Assembly (NCBI GenBank): GCA_013115145.1
Contig: JAAPAO010000109.1
Coordinates: 10,816 to 74,815, forward strand
DNA length: 64,000 nt
From: Perkinsus chesapeaki ATCC PRA-425
Taxonomy: Eukaryota; Protista; Perkinsozoa
Direction: 5' to 3'
Part shown: piece by piece, positions 42,535 through 54,132 of the stretch
How positions within the stretch are numbered: position 1 is the first letter of the stretch
Layout: each line of letters opens with the position of its first letter
Translations under genes and position numbers: made by a program
Notes under the pieces: generated by a model
The model's input: only the letters and a program-made list of their open reading frames with translations
What the model was told of the DNA's origin: nothing
Database searches by the model: none

Positions 42535-45500
42535 ATGACAGCACAACCAGGCGTAGATGGGGACTCAAGCGATAACTTTAGAGCAAATGAGGTGAAGTTC
42601 CTACAGGAACAACATTCAGCTGTAAGGGAACTAGATGGGGTATAGAAAGGATGATAGTGCGGTGCATGGTAGGCAGTGGAAGCATTAGCAAGGATAGAGG
42701 AACAAAGGGATGAGGCACGTGTTATAATAAAGGATTATGAAACTAATCAAGATACTGTTGAAAAGGAGTAACTATTAACGAGATACTCGTGCTATTAAGA
42801 TAAAGTGTAACAGATATGAAAGTGATCTTAAGGATTTAAGAGAATTAGAACAGGAAGAGAGAGAACAGAGGATACAATTACAACAGCATAATGAGAATAT
42901 AAGAGAGGCTGCAGTTACTAATACTAATATTAAGGATATGAGTAATATACTACATAAGTAAGGGTGTACAGCAGTAAGGATACTTACAGTTAAAAGTGAG
43001 GAGGATTCACTTGTTAAGTTGAAAGCAGAACAGAAAGGGAATGTAGCAGAGGAGATCAGATTAGAGGGTATTGCTGATGAGTTTAGGAATATGAAAAAAC
43101 TCAATGAGGAACAAGTAATTGGCAATTGGGCGAGGGATAGTTATTAATAATGTAAAAAGGTTGTATTCATCGAGAATGAATCAGCCAAAGTGAGAGAGAT
43201 GCTCCGTCAGACAGTTAAAGAGCAAGAACAGATAGCATCAGCAATAAAGAATATGGAAGCACAGGTGATGTGGAGATAGCTATAGTTGGGTATATAATGA
43301 GTAATAATAGGCTAAAGCTGAGATGGATACCTTAGAGGAGACATTGAAGAAAGAGAAAAAACGCAATACAGAACTATTGCAGCAATGTCGACATAATGAG
43401 GTGGTGGTTTTTATGAGGGAAAGGGGAATAAGGAGTATAGTTGATAATTATGATAGGTAGCTGAGAGGAGAATGAGACAAGAAATAACTGAAATGAGAAG
43501 ATTATGTGATGAAGAGAGAAAGGAATTAGTTAGACTTGAGGTAGTAGTCCTCAGCTCGACCTACTACGGGTGGCTCATGTATCACCAGCAGCAGCAGCAC
43601 CGATGTTTGCCGAGTAGCGCAAGTGGTGCATATTGCATATTGTTACGTAGCCACTTTTTAGAATTAGAACACCGTTTGGAGCCTTCGGTGATCGTGGAGT
43701 GCTCAGGATCTGTCAGGCTATGCGAGATGGTTCAGCATACGAACATGAACAATATATAAAAGAGAAAGGAGATTTAGTTAGGCGTTTAGAGTTATTAAGG
43801 GATCAGAATGAGAAGTAGGTCATAACCAACTACAACGCAAGGTGTAGTAAGCAAGGCTTACTTATTATTCAGATACAGTGCATCGATAACTGAGGTGGAG
43901 GCTAATAATGAGAAGGCACGAGAAAAGTATAACGAACAAGCTGACAAGTTCCGAGATATGGGAGACCAGGTGGGAGGCCAAGATGATAGTAATATGAATA
44001 TGTTTTAGTATATGTTAATATAGGTGTATCGGCTTATGGACCAACTACGAATGACACAATTAGAAAGACGCAAGAGGATAGAGTCGGTATCAGAGAGAAG
44101 AAAGAGAGCTGATCATTTAGAGAATGCCAATGCCCAATCATTGGCTAGAATACAGATTGAACATGAAGCTAGACAAAATGCTGAAGCTGCATTAAGGAAG
44201 GCTGAGCAAGTAGTCATTATCAGCAGCGGCATTATAACATATAGGTTGATGATATGCCAATGGTCATGTGAAAGGTGCTAAACCTTTTACGCAAGAAACA
44301 GAGGTCATTAGAAGAAACACATGTTATGGCAATAAGAGTTAAAGAAAAGACAGAAAGGGATGCTAGTCAACTTAAAGATAACGTAATGATACTAAACTTC
44401 ATAGGCCACAGGCGACCTCCTAATTTACTGTGGTTATTAGCTTACCGCACTTAACACAAGAAATCAATATCTTATTAATAGAGTAGATGGACAAGAGGAG
44501 GATTCATCAGCATTAAAACAACGAATAGCTGAGACACAGCGGGAACTTCACAAGCTACGACAGACTGTAAGTAGTGGTATTGGCGCGGATAAGTAGTGAC
44601 TATGTATAGGACAAAGAATTGAGGGGACAGCTGCTCGTCAGTGAGGATGCCGAGGCTGAGCTATCAGCAGATATAGCTAAACTTGATGCTGAGATAGACT
44701 TTGTAAAGAGAACGGATATGTTGGATGAGAATGGAAGAATGAAACCAATACAGATTGAAAGTGATGGATCAGATCTAGTCTCGAGATTACAGGTCAAAAT
44801 ATAGAAGGATAAAATAGCAGATAAACTGAGCAGATAAATGAGTTCCTGTATAGAGCTCAACAAGAACCAAGAGAGGCAGTCGCTCTTATTATTGAGAAGC
44901 TATCTCATCTACTAGAACTAATACATGGTGCACAGAGTCAAGGCGATCAGTAAGCATCATTAGCATCATTAGAAGAAGAGGCATCTCTTATAATCTGGTA
45001 TTTAGATATCTTGGTGATCTTGATCGGTCTAATGGGTATATGAATAGTTTAAGGAAGAAGAACAGAGAATTATTAGAAGATGTGGTTACACTTGAGAGGT
45101 TCCGTGGAAGGACACTTCTACAAGTATTACTCACGGCGTATTCTCGAGATGATAGCCTAGCGTAGGAAGTTTAGGTTATCACTAACGCGCTTTCATGTAC
45201 TGGTGGCAAAAAGCCTAATCTATTATTAAGAGGACTGGGATACACTGTCCCAGAGGTTTACGAGCTTATAAGGATGTTGCATGCGGCAGATAGTGCAGAA
45301 GATATTGAACTTATTGACTTGGCCAAAAATGGTAGGGTTCAATATGAGAATGGTATCCGGTTGCATCGGGTTTATCCATCAGATCTGAATGACGAGGCTA
45401 TACCACTTGTATGTGAAATAATTAATATGTTATCCTATCTCAAGCAATTGGATGTATCAGAGAACTATATAACACCTGAAGGGGTTGGTAAATTAGCAGA

Positions 45501-45857
45501 GTTCATAAAAGGCATGGAAGGAGTGACGGCAATAATACAAGATGATGATAAAATAACAGCAAACTCTGGAGCACAGACCAGGATTCAAGTAGGAAGACTT
45601 TACAATATCCAAGCGAATCCATTTTAAACTTCAATTATCAGATAAGGATCGGTGACCAACGATTCTTGGATGAGACAGATATGAAAACTCAAAGGGTTAT
45701 GGGGAGCGACCTTTCTGATCACAAGTCGGGGGGTGGACCAGAGAAGGCCATGGAACTCCTCAGTGATGCTGATACATTCTTAGAGAGTTCAGAACAAAAG
45801 CACAAAGGAGAGGCATCCAATGAGCTACCCCCTATTAAGCCTCCATCATCAACATGA
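42535..45857 (+). CDS. Long coiled-coil protein with C-terminal RNI-like leucine-rich repeat
   Basis: Many E/K/R/Q-rich heptad exons (e.g. YESDLKDLRELEQEEREQRIQLQQHN, MDQLRMTQLERRKRIESV, LSADIAKLDAEIDF). Then IELIDLAKND/LNDEAIPLVCEIINMLSYLKQLDVSENYITPEGVGKLAEFI, which fits an RNI-type LRR. Start MTAQPGVDG at 42535 and end PIKPPSST* at 45857 are inferred. Confidence 0.65.
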
Positions 45858-47187
45858 TTCACTTCATTTCTGTAGCTGTATGCAAATACATTGCTTGCGT
45901 TTGGTATAGCTCCATACTCTGAACTGCTTGGATCGTCTCATGGTGGGCTCTCATAGAAGAGCTGGGAGTGGTTTAGAGCTCTCCACTTATACGCATTGCA
46001 TCCCAGTAATGATTGAACGAGTTTGATATGTACGGTGAGATAGGCGGATTTTGATGTACCTCATAACAGTGCTTGAGATTCATTCTTGTTGAGGAATGCC
46101 GATGATTCCTCGGCGATGAATGCTTGCACGTCTGTCGATTCGACAGTTAGAAGTCTTTCATGAATAATCGGGCTACTCTCCTTTGAGTATTTCGTGAGCC
46201 ACAAATCGTGACTGAAAACTAATCTGCATTTTCCTCGATAGGATATCGAGGAGACTTCCGTTCCGGTTCATACTTAGGTGAATCTGGCGGTTATGGTGTG
46301 CCGTGCTCCATGCATAACGTTACACGAGTAGAACGGCTCCACTGGAGCCCACTATAGATTACTGCGCGGCGCTGAGTAACTGTTATTCGTGCAGAAGTCA
46401 GGTGCAGTCAGTGCGCTTGCAGTTATTGTCCGAGGCTCGTAGTATTGGTTGCTCTGCCTCAAGCTCCTTTTTTGTGTTATTCGGACGATTCCATCAACTG
46501 ATATGCGACACGTGACGGTGCGCGCACAGGTGCCACAACTAGCACAGCAGTGTTGTCTAATAGTTTGGTCACTCGATCTCTTCACGAGAGTCTCTCGCAT
46601 GATTTCTTAATGTCGCATGAGCATGGAATGGATCACGGGTTGTGTGAATCCTAACCTGAGGAGACTCCACAATCATTCCGATTTCATAACGTTATTCTGT
46701 TGAGGGGTAAGTATTCCTCAGCAAGTGCTTGTTGTGCATGCGTACGGTTTACCGGGGCAACCGTACGGAGTGAATACTCTTTTGGAGTTACCTTGTACTT
46801 TTTCCAGGTTACCGGTTCCACTCGCCGTACTTTCAAAGAGACCCTCGCACACTCTGCCGGGTTCTGGGTCTAGAGGATTCCCTTTAGCCGTCAATCCAGC
46901 TTTGGTCAATTTTTCCTTCCATAATTGCGGCACAGCCGCGTTTGCTTCCCCGAAAATGTGGAGAATGGATGGCATCTATTGGATGCCCGTCAACAGACTA
47001 TATGTCCTTGCGAAATGCCCCTAGTGTCGAGCGAATATCCTGTACAATGAGCACTTGTCGCAACGGGCAATATCGAATATTAATTTACGAGTTTTCAATT
47101 TCCATTGACTATCGGAACAGTTTGCTATACTTAAGGGGGTTTGCAATTATCGTATCTACCGGATTTTAGGGGCTTCTTGCAGCAAGA

Positions 47188-47199
47188 ATCTTGCTCAAG
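47188..47199 (+). other. Possible spliced-leader relic (ATCTTGCTCAAG) 5 nt upstream of the subtilase ATG
   Basis: Matches the 3' end of the Perkinsus/dinoflagellate-type spliced leader (...CCATCTTGGCTCAAG) with one G missing. Short match, could be chance or a trans-splice acceptor. Confidence 0.4.
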
Positions 47200-47204
47200 A
47201 AACG

Positions 47205-48119
47205 ATGCCAAGCTTCGCATCAACTCTCACCATCGCTATTGCTATGGAAGGCCGGTATGCGTATTATCCTAATGATGAATACTATGACACCAAACAGAGG
47301 GCATACTTTAGTGCCATACGAGTTCCAGATGCATGGAGGAAGCTGCAAGGGCTCAAAAGAAGTTTCAGGACTATCGCTATAATCGACTCTGGCATGGAGT
47401 CGACACATCCCGACTTGGAGGCTAATGCTGTGGTTGGGACAACCAGGCATGGGACAAAAGTGGCTGGTATCGCTGGGGCAGTTATTAACAATAAGATAGG
47501 TATAGCTGGTCTCACAGATTACGTCAAGTTGATGCCGATTTACGATGGTGGACTTGAGACTGATGAAGCCACTTCTGCTTCTATTGAATACGCGGTTAAC
47601 TCGCATGTAGATGTCATACTCTATACAGCAGGGCAACCTGCGCCATTTGGTGCTAAATCCGTCGCAGCCCTCAAGAAAGCTTCCGAGGCTGGTATCCCTT
47701 TTGTCTGTGCCGCCGGTAATAATAATCAGAATATCTCTAAACCTGAGCACATACGTTACCCCTGTGAATATACTAAAACCGTGGATGTCGTTATATGTGT
47801 GGCTGCAACTACCGAGGATACAATGGACCTTCTATATACTAGCAACTATGCCCCCTTCATTGATGTGGCTGCTCTCGGAGATACTTACACAACATATGTC
47901 GGTAGGGATTATGGCAGCTGCTCTGGCACATCTGGTGCTGCTGCATTTATCGCTGGGGTGATAGCTATGATGAAAAGCGTATCCCAAGAGGCTTTAGATG
48001 GCCAGAGAATCAAGTCCATTATTAAAGAGACTAGCACTCCTGGAGTTAATAGGGGTGGCTTTCCCATGGTATTTGGAAGAGTGGATGTCCTGTCAGCAGT
48101 AGAAAGAGTTATCGCTTAG
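47205..48119 (+). CDS. Subtilisin-like serine protease (S8, thermitase-like), intronless, secreted
   Basis: Catalytic motifs IAIIDSG, HGTKVAGIAGA, CAAGN (oxyanion Asn) and SGTSGAA. The N-terminus YYPNDEYY...VPDAW resembles the thermitase mature start YTPNDPYF...APQAW. Short hydrophobic leader. Confidence 0.93.
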   Translation: MPSFASTLTIAIAMEGRYAYYPNDEYYDTKQRAYFSAIRVPDAWRKLQGLKRSFRTIAIIDSGMESTHPDLEANAVVGTTRHGTKVAGIAGAVINNKIGIAGLTDYVKLMPIYDGGLETDEATSASIEYAVNSHVDVILYTAGQPAPFGAKSVAALKKASEAGIPFVCAAGNNNQNISKPEHIRYPCEYTKTVDVVICVAATTEDTMDLLYTSNYAPFIDVAALGDTYTTYVGRDYGSCSGTSGAAAFIAGVIAMMKSVSQEALDGQRIKSIIKETSTPGVNRGGFPMVFGRVDVLSAVERVIA

Positions 48120-48565
48120 CTCAGTATATTCTATCTCGATGTTCCGGGTTAGTTTCATACTAACCAATTTCCACATGAGTTAGACTAGGATTGTTTATTG
48201 AACTGGCATTAGTATCTTTGGTTGCTTGAAGTGGTATAACATGGTGGATTGAGCACCATATCTTATATACATGTCAATCGCCTCAAATATAGGGCAGCCA
48301 ACCCGATCGAACTCTCCAGAGAATGACTCAACGATCAATCGAGAAGAAATTGTGGCGGAACAAGCCAAAATGAACACATTTTTGGCGTGCTATACTTACG
48401 ACACCGACTTTGACTAGAAGTCTCGAACACGGCGAATGGCCATCATCACATATGTAAATTAGCGATCTTACTCAGCCTAACACCTTGCTGCTGGATATAC
48501 ACTTTATTACACCAACAACACAAGGAATATACAGAATCAGAAACAAACTTGCATGTTTTCTTGTG

Positions 48566-50647
48566 TCAGGAAACACTTCTCGCCTCAATTCGTTTTTGCC
48601 ATTTAATTTGACTTATCTTCTTAGCATGCTCTTTTCGTCTTATCTTAAGTCGTGTCATACCATCACTGACTATCTCTCTAATATAATGTGCCTTTTCTCC
48701 ATCAGATGACATATTCATCCATTCATCTTTTGATACTGGGCATATCTCGATACCAAGTCCTCTTAATAGGATATGTCGATACTTACTCATAGCCGTCAGC
48801 TCACTGTACTCACCACCGTCATTAGTATCCCAACCACCACGATAAAAGTATTGACCTAATAGCAGTCCATTGAATATATAATCGTGCGGTATGAGCTATA
48901 CTTTTTAATGGCTCTAAAGCAACACATTGCCGTACTGCTTGTAACCTCTCATCGCCATCCTTATCTAGTTTAGTCTGTGGTGTGCCGTCTGATGTACGTA
49001 CGAAATCGACGAGAAACGGCCCAACGGTTATATTGAAATAGGTACGGTTGCAAACCTATGTGATGGAGTAATACGAGCAGCGATGATGAGTATAGAGTAT
49101 CTTCTTACTTGACCAGATATACGTCTTATATCTTGAGTCCATGGTGAAGGGGAAGCATCCCTACTTAAGTCTGCCACTTCAGCATGTCTAACACGTAGTA
49201 ATGTTTGCTGAGCTGATGGGCTTAGACTTGATACTGGGAAGGCACAGTGACCAATACGGAATGCTATTTCAAGACTCTGTTCAAGATAGATGGTGAATCA
49301 TGAGCAAGAGTGCTTTTGTACTACTTTTAAATGTATAAGACATTGTCTATCCTGATAAAGATCCGATTCATATCGTGCAACTTGGGCTAATAGTCTATCA
49401 TAAGTAGCAGGTTTACCATAACAGAAATATCCAAGGCTAGCCAAAGCTCTACATGCCTTTAATAACGATATTCTATCTTCTATACATGATCCCAACGATC
49501 CTTCCAAACGAGTGAAGGTCCGCTCATCAAACATATCCAATAGGAATAAATGATAGCAAAGCTCAAGTGGGTTATTAGCATCATGAGCCTTTCTCAATAC
49601 AGTAAGAATTAGATCTTTGAAGAATGAATTCCCTCTTGGACGGAGTCTTAGCCCAGCAAATAGGCCAAGTAACTCGGCTTGATCTGATGATGATAGTTTC
49701 AACCTCCACCGTCTGCCACTATGTAGGAATAAATATAATAAATTAGGTGTAGCATTGATGCTTGCAAAGGAACGTATTATAGATAGACGTTGTTGTGGGG
49801 ATATCCTAACCACTTGGGTAGATAATTCCTCACATACAGCATCTAAGGCTGGGCCTCGAGAACGGAGCATACACAATGCCTCTACCATATGTACCATTCT
49901 AACCCTTGATAACTGAGATACTCTACCCTTTATATCAAAATAACGATCCAATAGATGAAGTGCAGCTGGTGGGGCAATACCAATAGCAGCTAGTGACCTT
50001 AACATACTCCATGCATCTTGAGAGGAGCATTCCATAAACTGTTTGGCAAACTGCTCTTTACATATAACATTAGCAATACGACGAGGTAGGGCCGGTGGAG
50101 TAGGGCAGCCACGAAGGCTCAACTTAGCACATATACGTAGAGCATTGAGGAGTACATTTATATTAGCCATCTCATTTACTGTACTCTTCTTTAATGATGT
50201 ATTATGAAGGCTATCCATAATAACCTGGGAGCATTGTTGTATCATATCATCAACAAACCCTTTTCCCAATGGTCTACTACTTGATGATAATAATGCTAAT
50301 GCTGATAAATAATCACTTGGTGAATCAGTTGATAAGAATAGTTTATGATGGTAATGTTGTAATATTAATTGCATATCATCATCATTACTACTACCACCAG
50401 GTAAATGAAGATCCGTCATATTAGGTAAGATTGCCTCTAATACAGTCTGTATCCTCATTAATGGTATTCTATGATCCCCTCCACTATTAGATATTATACG
50501 TATCTCATCAGCCAATTCTTTAATACTGCTATCATTCTTCTGCCTCACCAACCGACTGCTGCTACTACCCCCCGCTACTATACGCTTCCTTACTGCCCGT
50601 GTCACTGCTGCTGCTGCAGCTGGAGTAGTAGTAGGAGCAGGGACCAT
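48566..50647 (-). CDS. RAP-domain helical-repeat RNA-binding protein (likely organellar)
   Basis: Long helical exon (ORF 49298-50656) splices to downstream exons containing ITVGPFLVDF, CVALEP..QYFYR and TAMSKYRHILLRGLGIEICPVSKDEWMNM...EKAHYIREI, which match the RAP consensus. First ATG is at 50647; stop at 48566. Confidence 0.75.
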
Positions 50648-50770
50648 TATATACACTGCTTTCTACAACAGTATATAGTTTTATAACGAAATCAATATAA
50701 ATATTACAGAAACAACGTCAGCAACAGCAACAGCATCAGTAGCAGTAAGACATGCATATGGTGGTGGTGA

Positions 50771-52093
50771 TCATTTCTTAGTCATTTTAAGTTTATATAA
50801 AGATCCATAATGTCCAAGATACAGTATTTCCTTTACATTGCCATCATCATTATTAAGTGGTTGCCCTGGACCATGTAGTATAAATATCCTTGGTAATGGA
50901 CGATAACTTGATGCCCAATCTATTATATTATGTATCCATAATGATGCTTCATTCGGTGATGACCATGTTCGTTGTGGTGTTCGGGTTATAATAAGTGTTG
51001 GTGATTCAGGTGGTATATATTCCATTAATGTTGCTGCTGATACTATCCCCCCAGGTAGACTCCTTCTAGCTCTAGCTCGTCCAATAGGATCTGCACATGC
51101 ACCAAATACTCTACCACTATTATCATCACCCAATTGACGTGATGCTGATTCCTGTACTAATGTATCCCATAACTCTATAGACCCTGGGAATGCTTTAGGT
51201 TTCGAAACTGTTCTTGGGAATGAGTATACCCCTGGATCACATCGTTGAGCCCATTGTCTAGCCTCTATTAATATAGCACCACCATCCTCACAGCAGTATG
51301 GATCTACCAATACATCCCTTCCTGGTACATAACGTGCCCCACATAGTGTAGCAGCTGCTACAGAGCTTCGTATATGTTTACCAGGGTAACGCTTATCCTC
51401 CCGGCTATTGGGCGATGGGGGCGAGGTGGACTGTCTAGAAGACTGGATGCCATCACAATGAGCATAATCTACCCAAAGTCCTACTCCTCCTCCTCCTCCA
51501 CTACACTCCACATTGTCAGTTGCTGCAGTGTCTCCAAGTGTAGACAGATAAGGTGGGGTGACATAAAACATGAAGTTAGGATTATCTCTAATAGGTGTTG
51601 GAATAGTATATGGATAGTTATTACGAAAGTATGATTGTATACCATGCCTCACTGCCCTCTGTACCTCAGCATCTCTCATACCACCAATACTACTGTAATC
51701 CCCATCAGATAACTTCACCCAGAATGATGATTCCGGCATAAATGAAGGTATTACATCTTTCAATGGTATATCATTCTTAACCCATCTATATAAGGTATTC
51801 CTATCCCTACTGCATCTCCCATCACACCCTATAAGCCCTAGTACATTGTGTGCAACTCTCGATCGATATACAACCTTGAAAATATCTTCAGGTGCTGCCG
51901 ATGCCATAAATACCCCTTCATAATGCCGTTGTATATCCTTATTAACCTTCACAACTGGCAGCCCTAAGTTTTCCAGTTCAATATACAGTGCATCAATCAA
52001 GAAGCGTGATGTCTTGGCTAGTACCGGACTTGGGAGATTGATGGAAGTGGATGGAAGGGTGGCTGCTGCTGCTGATGATGATGGTAATGGCAT
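50771..52093 (-). CDS. THUMP + RlmL/UPF0020-like RNA methyltransferase homologue with degenerate catalytic motifs, intronless
   Basis: By eye it aligns with the RlmL half of E. coli RlmKL: [20 protein letters not shown] ~ [28 protein letters not shown] ~ [19 protein letters not shown]...[17 protein letters not shown]...DPG ~ PIKETLAAAIV...LLDPMCGSGTLLIEA...APG. IITRTPQ sits where NPPY is expected. Confidence 0.72.
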   Translation of the reverse strand: [440 protein letters not shown]

Positions 52094-52244
52094 GAATTAG
52101 ATAACTAGTAGAGTGTTATGCATAAATAACAGTTTATACTGTAATACTACTGCCGTGGATAAGATTAGGACATACTATCAATCCAACAGTACTAATAAGG
52201 AATGGTAGGAAACAGTGATGACGTTGTTGTTGTTGTTAATAACA

Positions 52245-53616
52245 TTATACGTTAGTTCGGGCCTTCTTCTTAGGTTTAGGATCGGTATCAGTGGTGGTGG
52301 TGTTACTACTATTCGATACCGTGGTATCCTCCTATATACATTTCTTAATTCCTATCAACCCTCATCCCTATATTACCACTTTTGCCGTATCTTGAACCGC
52401 TACTACCCCACCAGTAGTAATGGTTAACACTGTATTAGAATCATATTTATGATGAATATCCTTCTTTCGACCTTCTCGTTTAGCAGCATCCTTCTCAAGC
52501 TAAAGCCATCAATATTAAAACAACAGCTTATATCTATTCACTACCGAATCAGCTATCATTTTATGGACCTCCTTAGCTCGACCTGTTGCTGCATGTATAC
52601 ATGTAATAACTGTTGATAATGGTATCGCTGTACCACCAGGCTTTAGTATACCACACAGTTCACCGTATTGGTTAACAATAACCTATATTAAACAATACTA
52701 ATGTCAACAACATCTACTTGTCCTCACCACTAGTAGAGCCCCACCACTGAGTCGTTCCTCTAAGGATGTTGGATCAGCTAATACAGCTGATGTTGATCCA
52801 TCAGGGCTTTTAACCAATGCAAAGGTTAACGGTAAGGGCATATGATGTATAGATAGAGGCATTGGCTCCAACTAATAGTTAATATACTAAGTGTTATAGT
52901 AGTGTTATTACATCCTGTCTAACTACTGTTGAACCCTCTAATGTAGTAACCTCAGATCTTCTATAATGCATTAATGCAGCTACACTAGCAGTAGCTGCTG
53001 CATCACCAATATTACCCTATATTACGCCTTAATTAATATCATGATTATTTAATATATTACTGCATCAGTAAATATATGTACATCTAAACGTACACTCCAT
53101 ACTCTACTACCACCAGCTATACATAATGCCTCTACATCAACAGCCCTAGCAATATTAAATATTATCACTGATATAATAACAATGTATTACTTGGATCCCT
53201 TTAACATACGTTCTAGTTGATTACATAATGATACTGCATCTGGTGTTTGTGGTGTACCAGGTAATCCAGATGAATCACCACTAGGTAATGTAGCAGTAGT
53301 AGCAATAGCACTATAATCAACACTTATAAATAGTTTACCCTCATTAGGCCTCTCTGGTGGTGGAGTTATCACCTCACCTAAAGGGTTTATTAATATAACT
53401 TATTACTATATTACCAGTAACAACAGCTCTAACCCATGTATTGCCAATACGGCATTCAGCTTGACCTAATGCTGGACCTAATCGTATCTTCATCCTTCTA
53501 CAGTCTAATCGTGTCCGTCCATCAGCCCTTAATCCTATACCACTAATGTTATCAGTATTTGACTCAGGGAATATAGCTGAATGTGCGAATACCTCGTCCG
53601 ATAACGTCAATGACAT
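52245..53616 (-). CDS. RRP45: Exosome complex component RRP45 (RNase PH-like, EXOSC9)
   Basis: Spliced motifs GLRADGRTRLDCRRMKIRLG..GQAECRIGNTWV, PPPERPNEGKLFISVD, AVDVEALCIAGGSRVWSVRLDVHIF, GNIGDAAATASVAALMHYRR, PLSIHHMPLPLTFA, LADPTSLEE. Ends ...KKKARTNV*. Confidence 0.9.
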
Positions 53617-53760
53617 GGTTACAAGGTAAACCTACGACGACGCGATATTCACCAGCTTGCTGTCATCGCCCATCGCCGCGCCGCTTGCATCGCTCCGCTA
53701 AAAATGATGAAAATTCGCTGAAGGCTGGAGGCGCTGGCGCGATGAAGGTTATTAGAATTG
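53617..53760. promoter_or_regulatory. Putative bidirectional promoter (GC/CpG-rich patch) between RRP45 and the membrane-protein gene
   Basis: CpG-dense stretch (cgccatcgccgcgccgc...ggcgctggcgcg) between divergent genes in otherwise AT-rich DNA. Confidence 0.4.
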
Positions 53761-54132
53761 AAGCTCTCCTTTCAACATGAGCAGCTGTATTACTGGTAGT
53801 AGTAGGGTGGATACTATGGTAATATTAGGAAGGTGACTAGGGGGCTAATAATGACGGTAGAGGGTATATATAGAATAAGCAGCTTTGGTAATAAAATAGG
53901 GGTATATGAAGGGTTGGGGTATAAGAGGTATACCTTGTAGAATGAACATAGTGGATTATGGTGGTAGTACATATTTTATAATTTAACTCGGTAGCAGGAT
54001 AGTTGGCTATTATATAGGGTGTTAGTTGTTGTTGTTGGCTTTTCTACTCCTTCTTGTTCATTGCCACCTTCTACTACCAACAACATCATCATTAATATCG
54101 GCTATATATAACTTACTGCTAATAGAATAACA

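Noticed and set aside
42775-43125. Hydrophobic Ser/Leu-rich minus-strand ORF
   Set aside because: Antisense of Glu/Lys/Arg-rich coiled-coil exons.
47220-47961. Overlapping ORFs 47220-47750 (-), 47282-47515 (-) and 47611-47961 (+)
   Set aside because: Shadows of the subtilase, which carries the full catalytic motif set.
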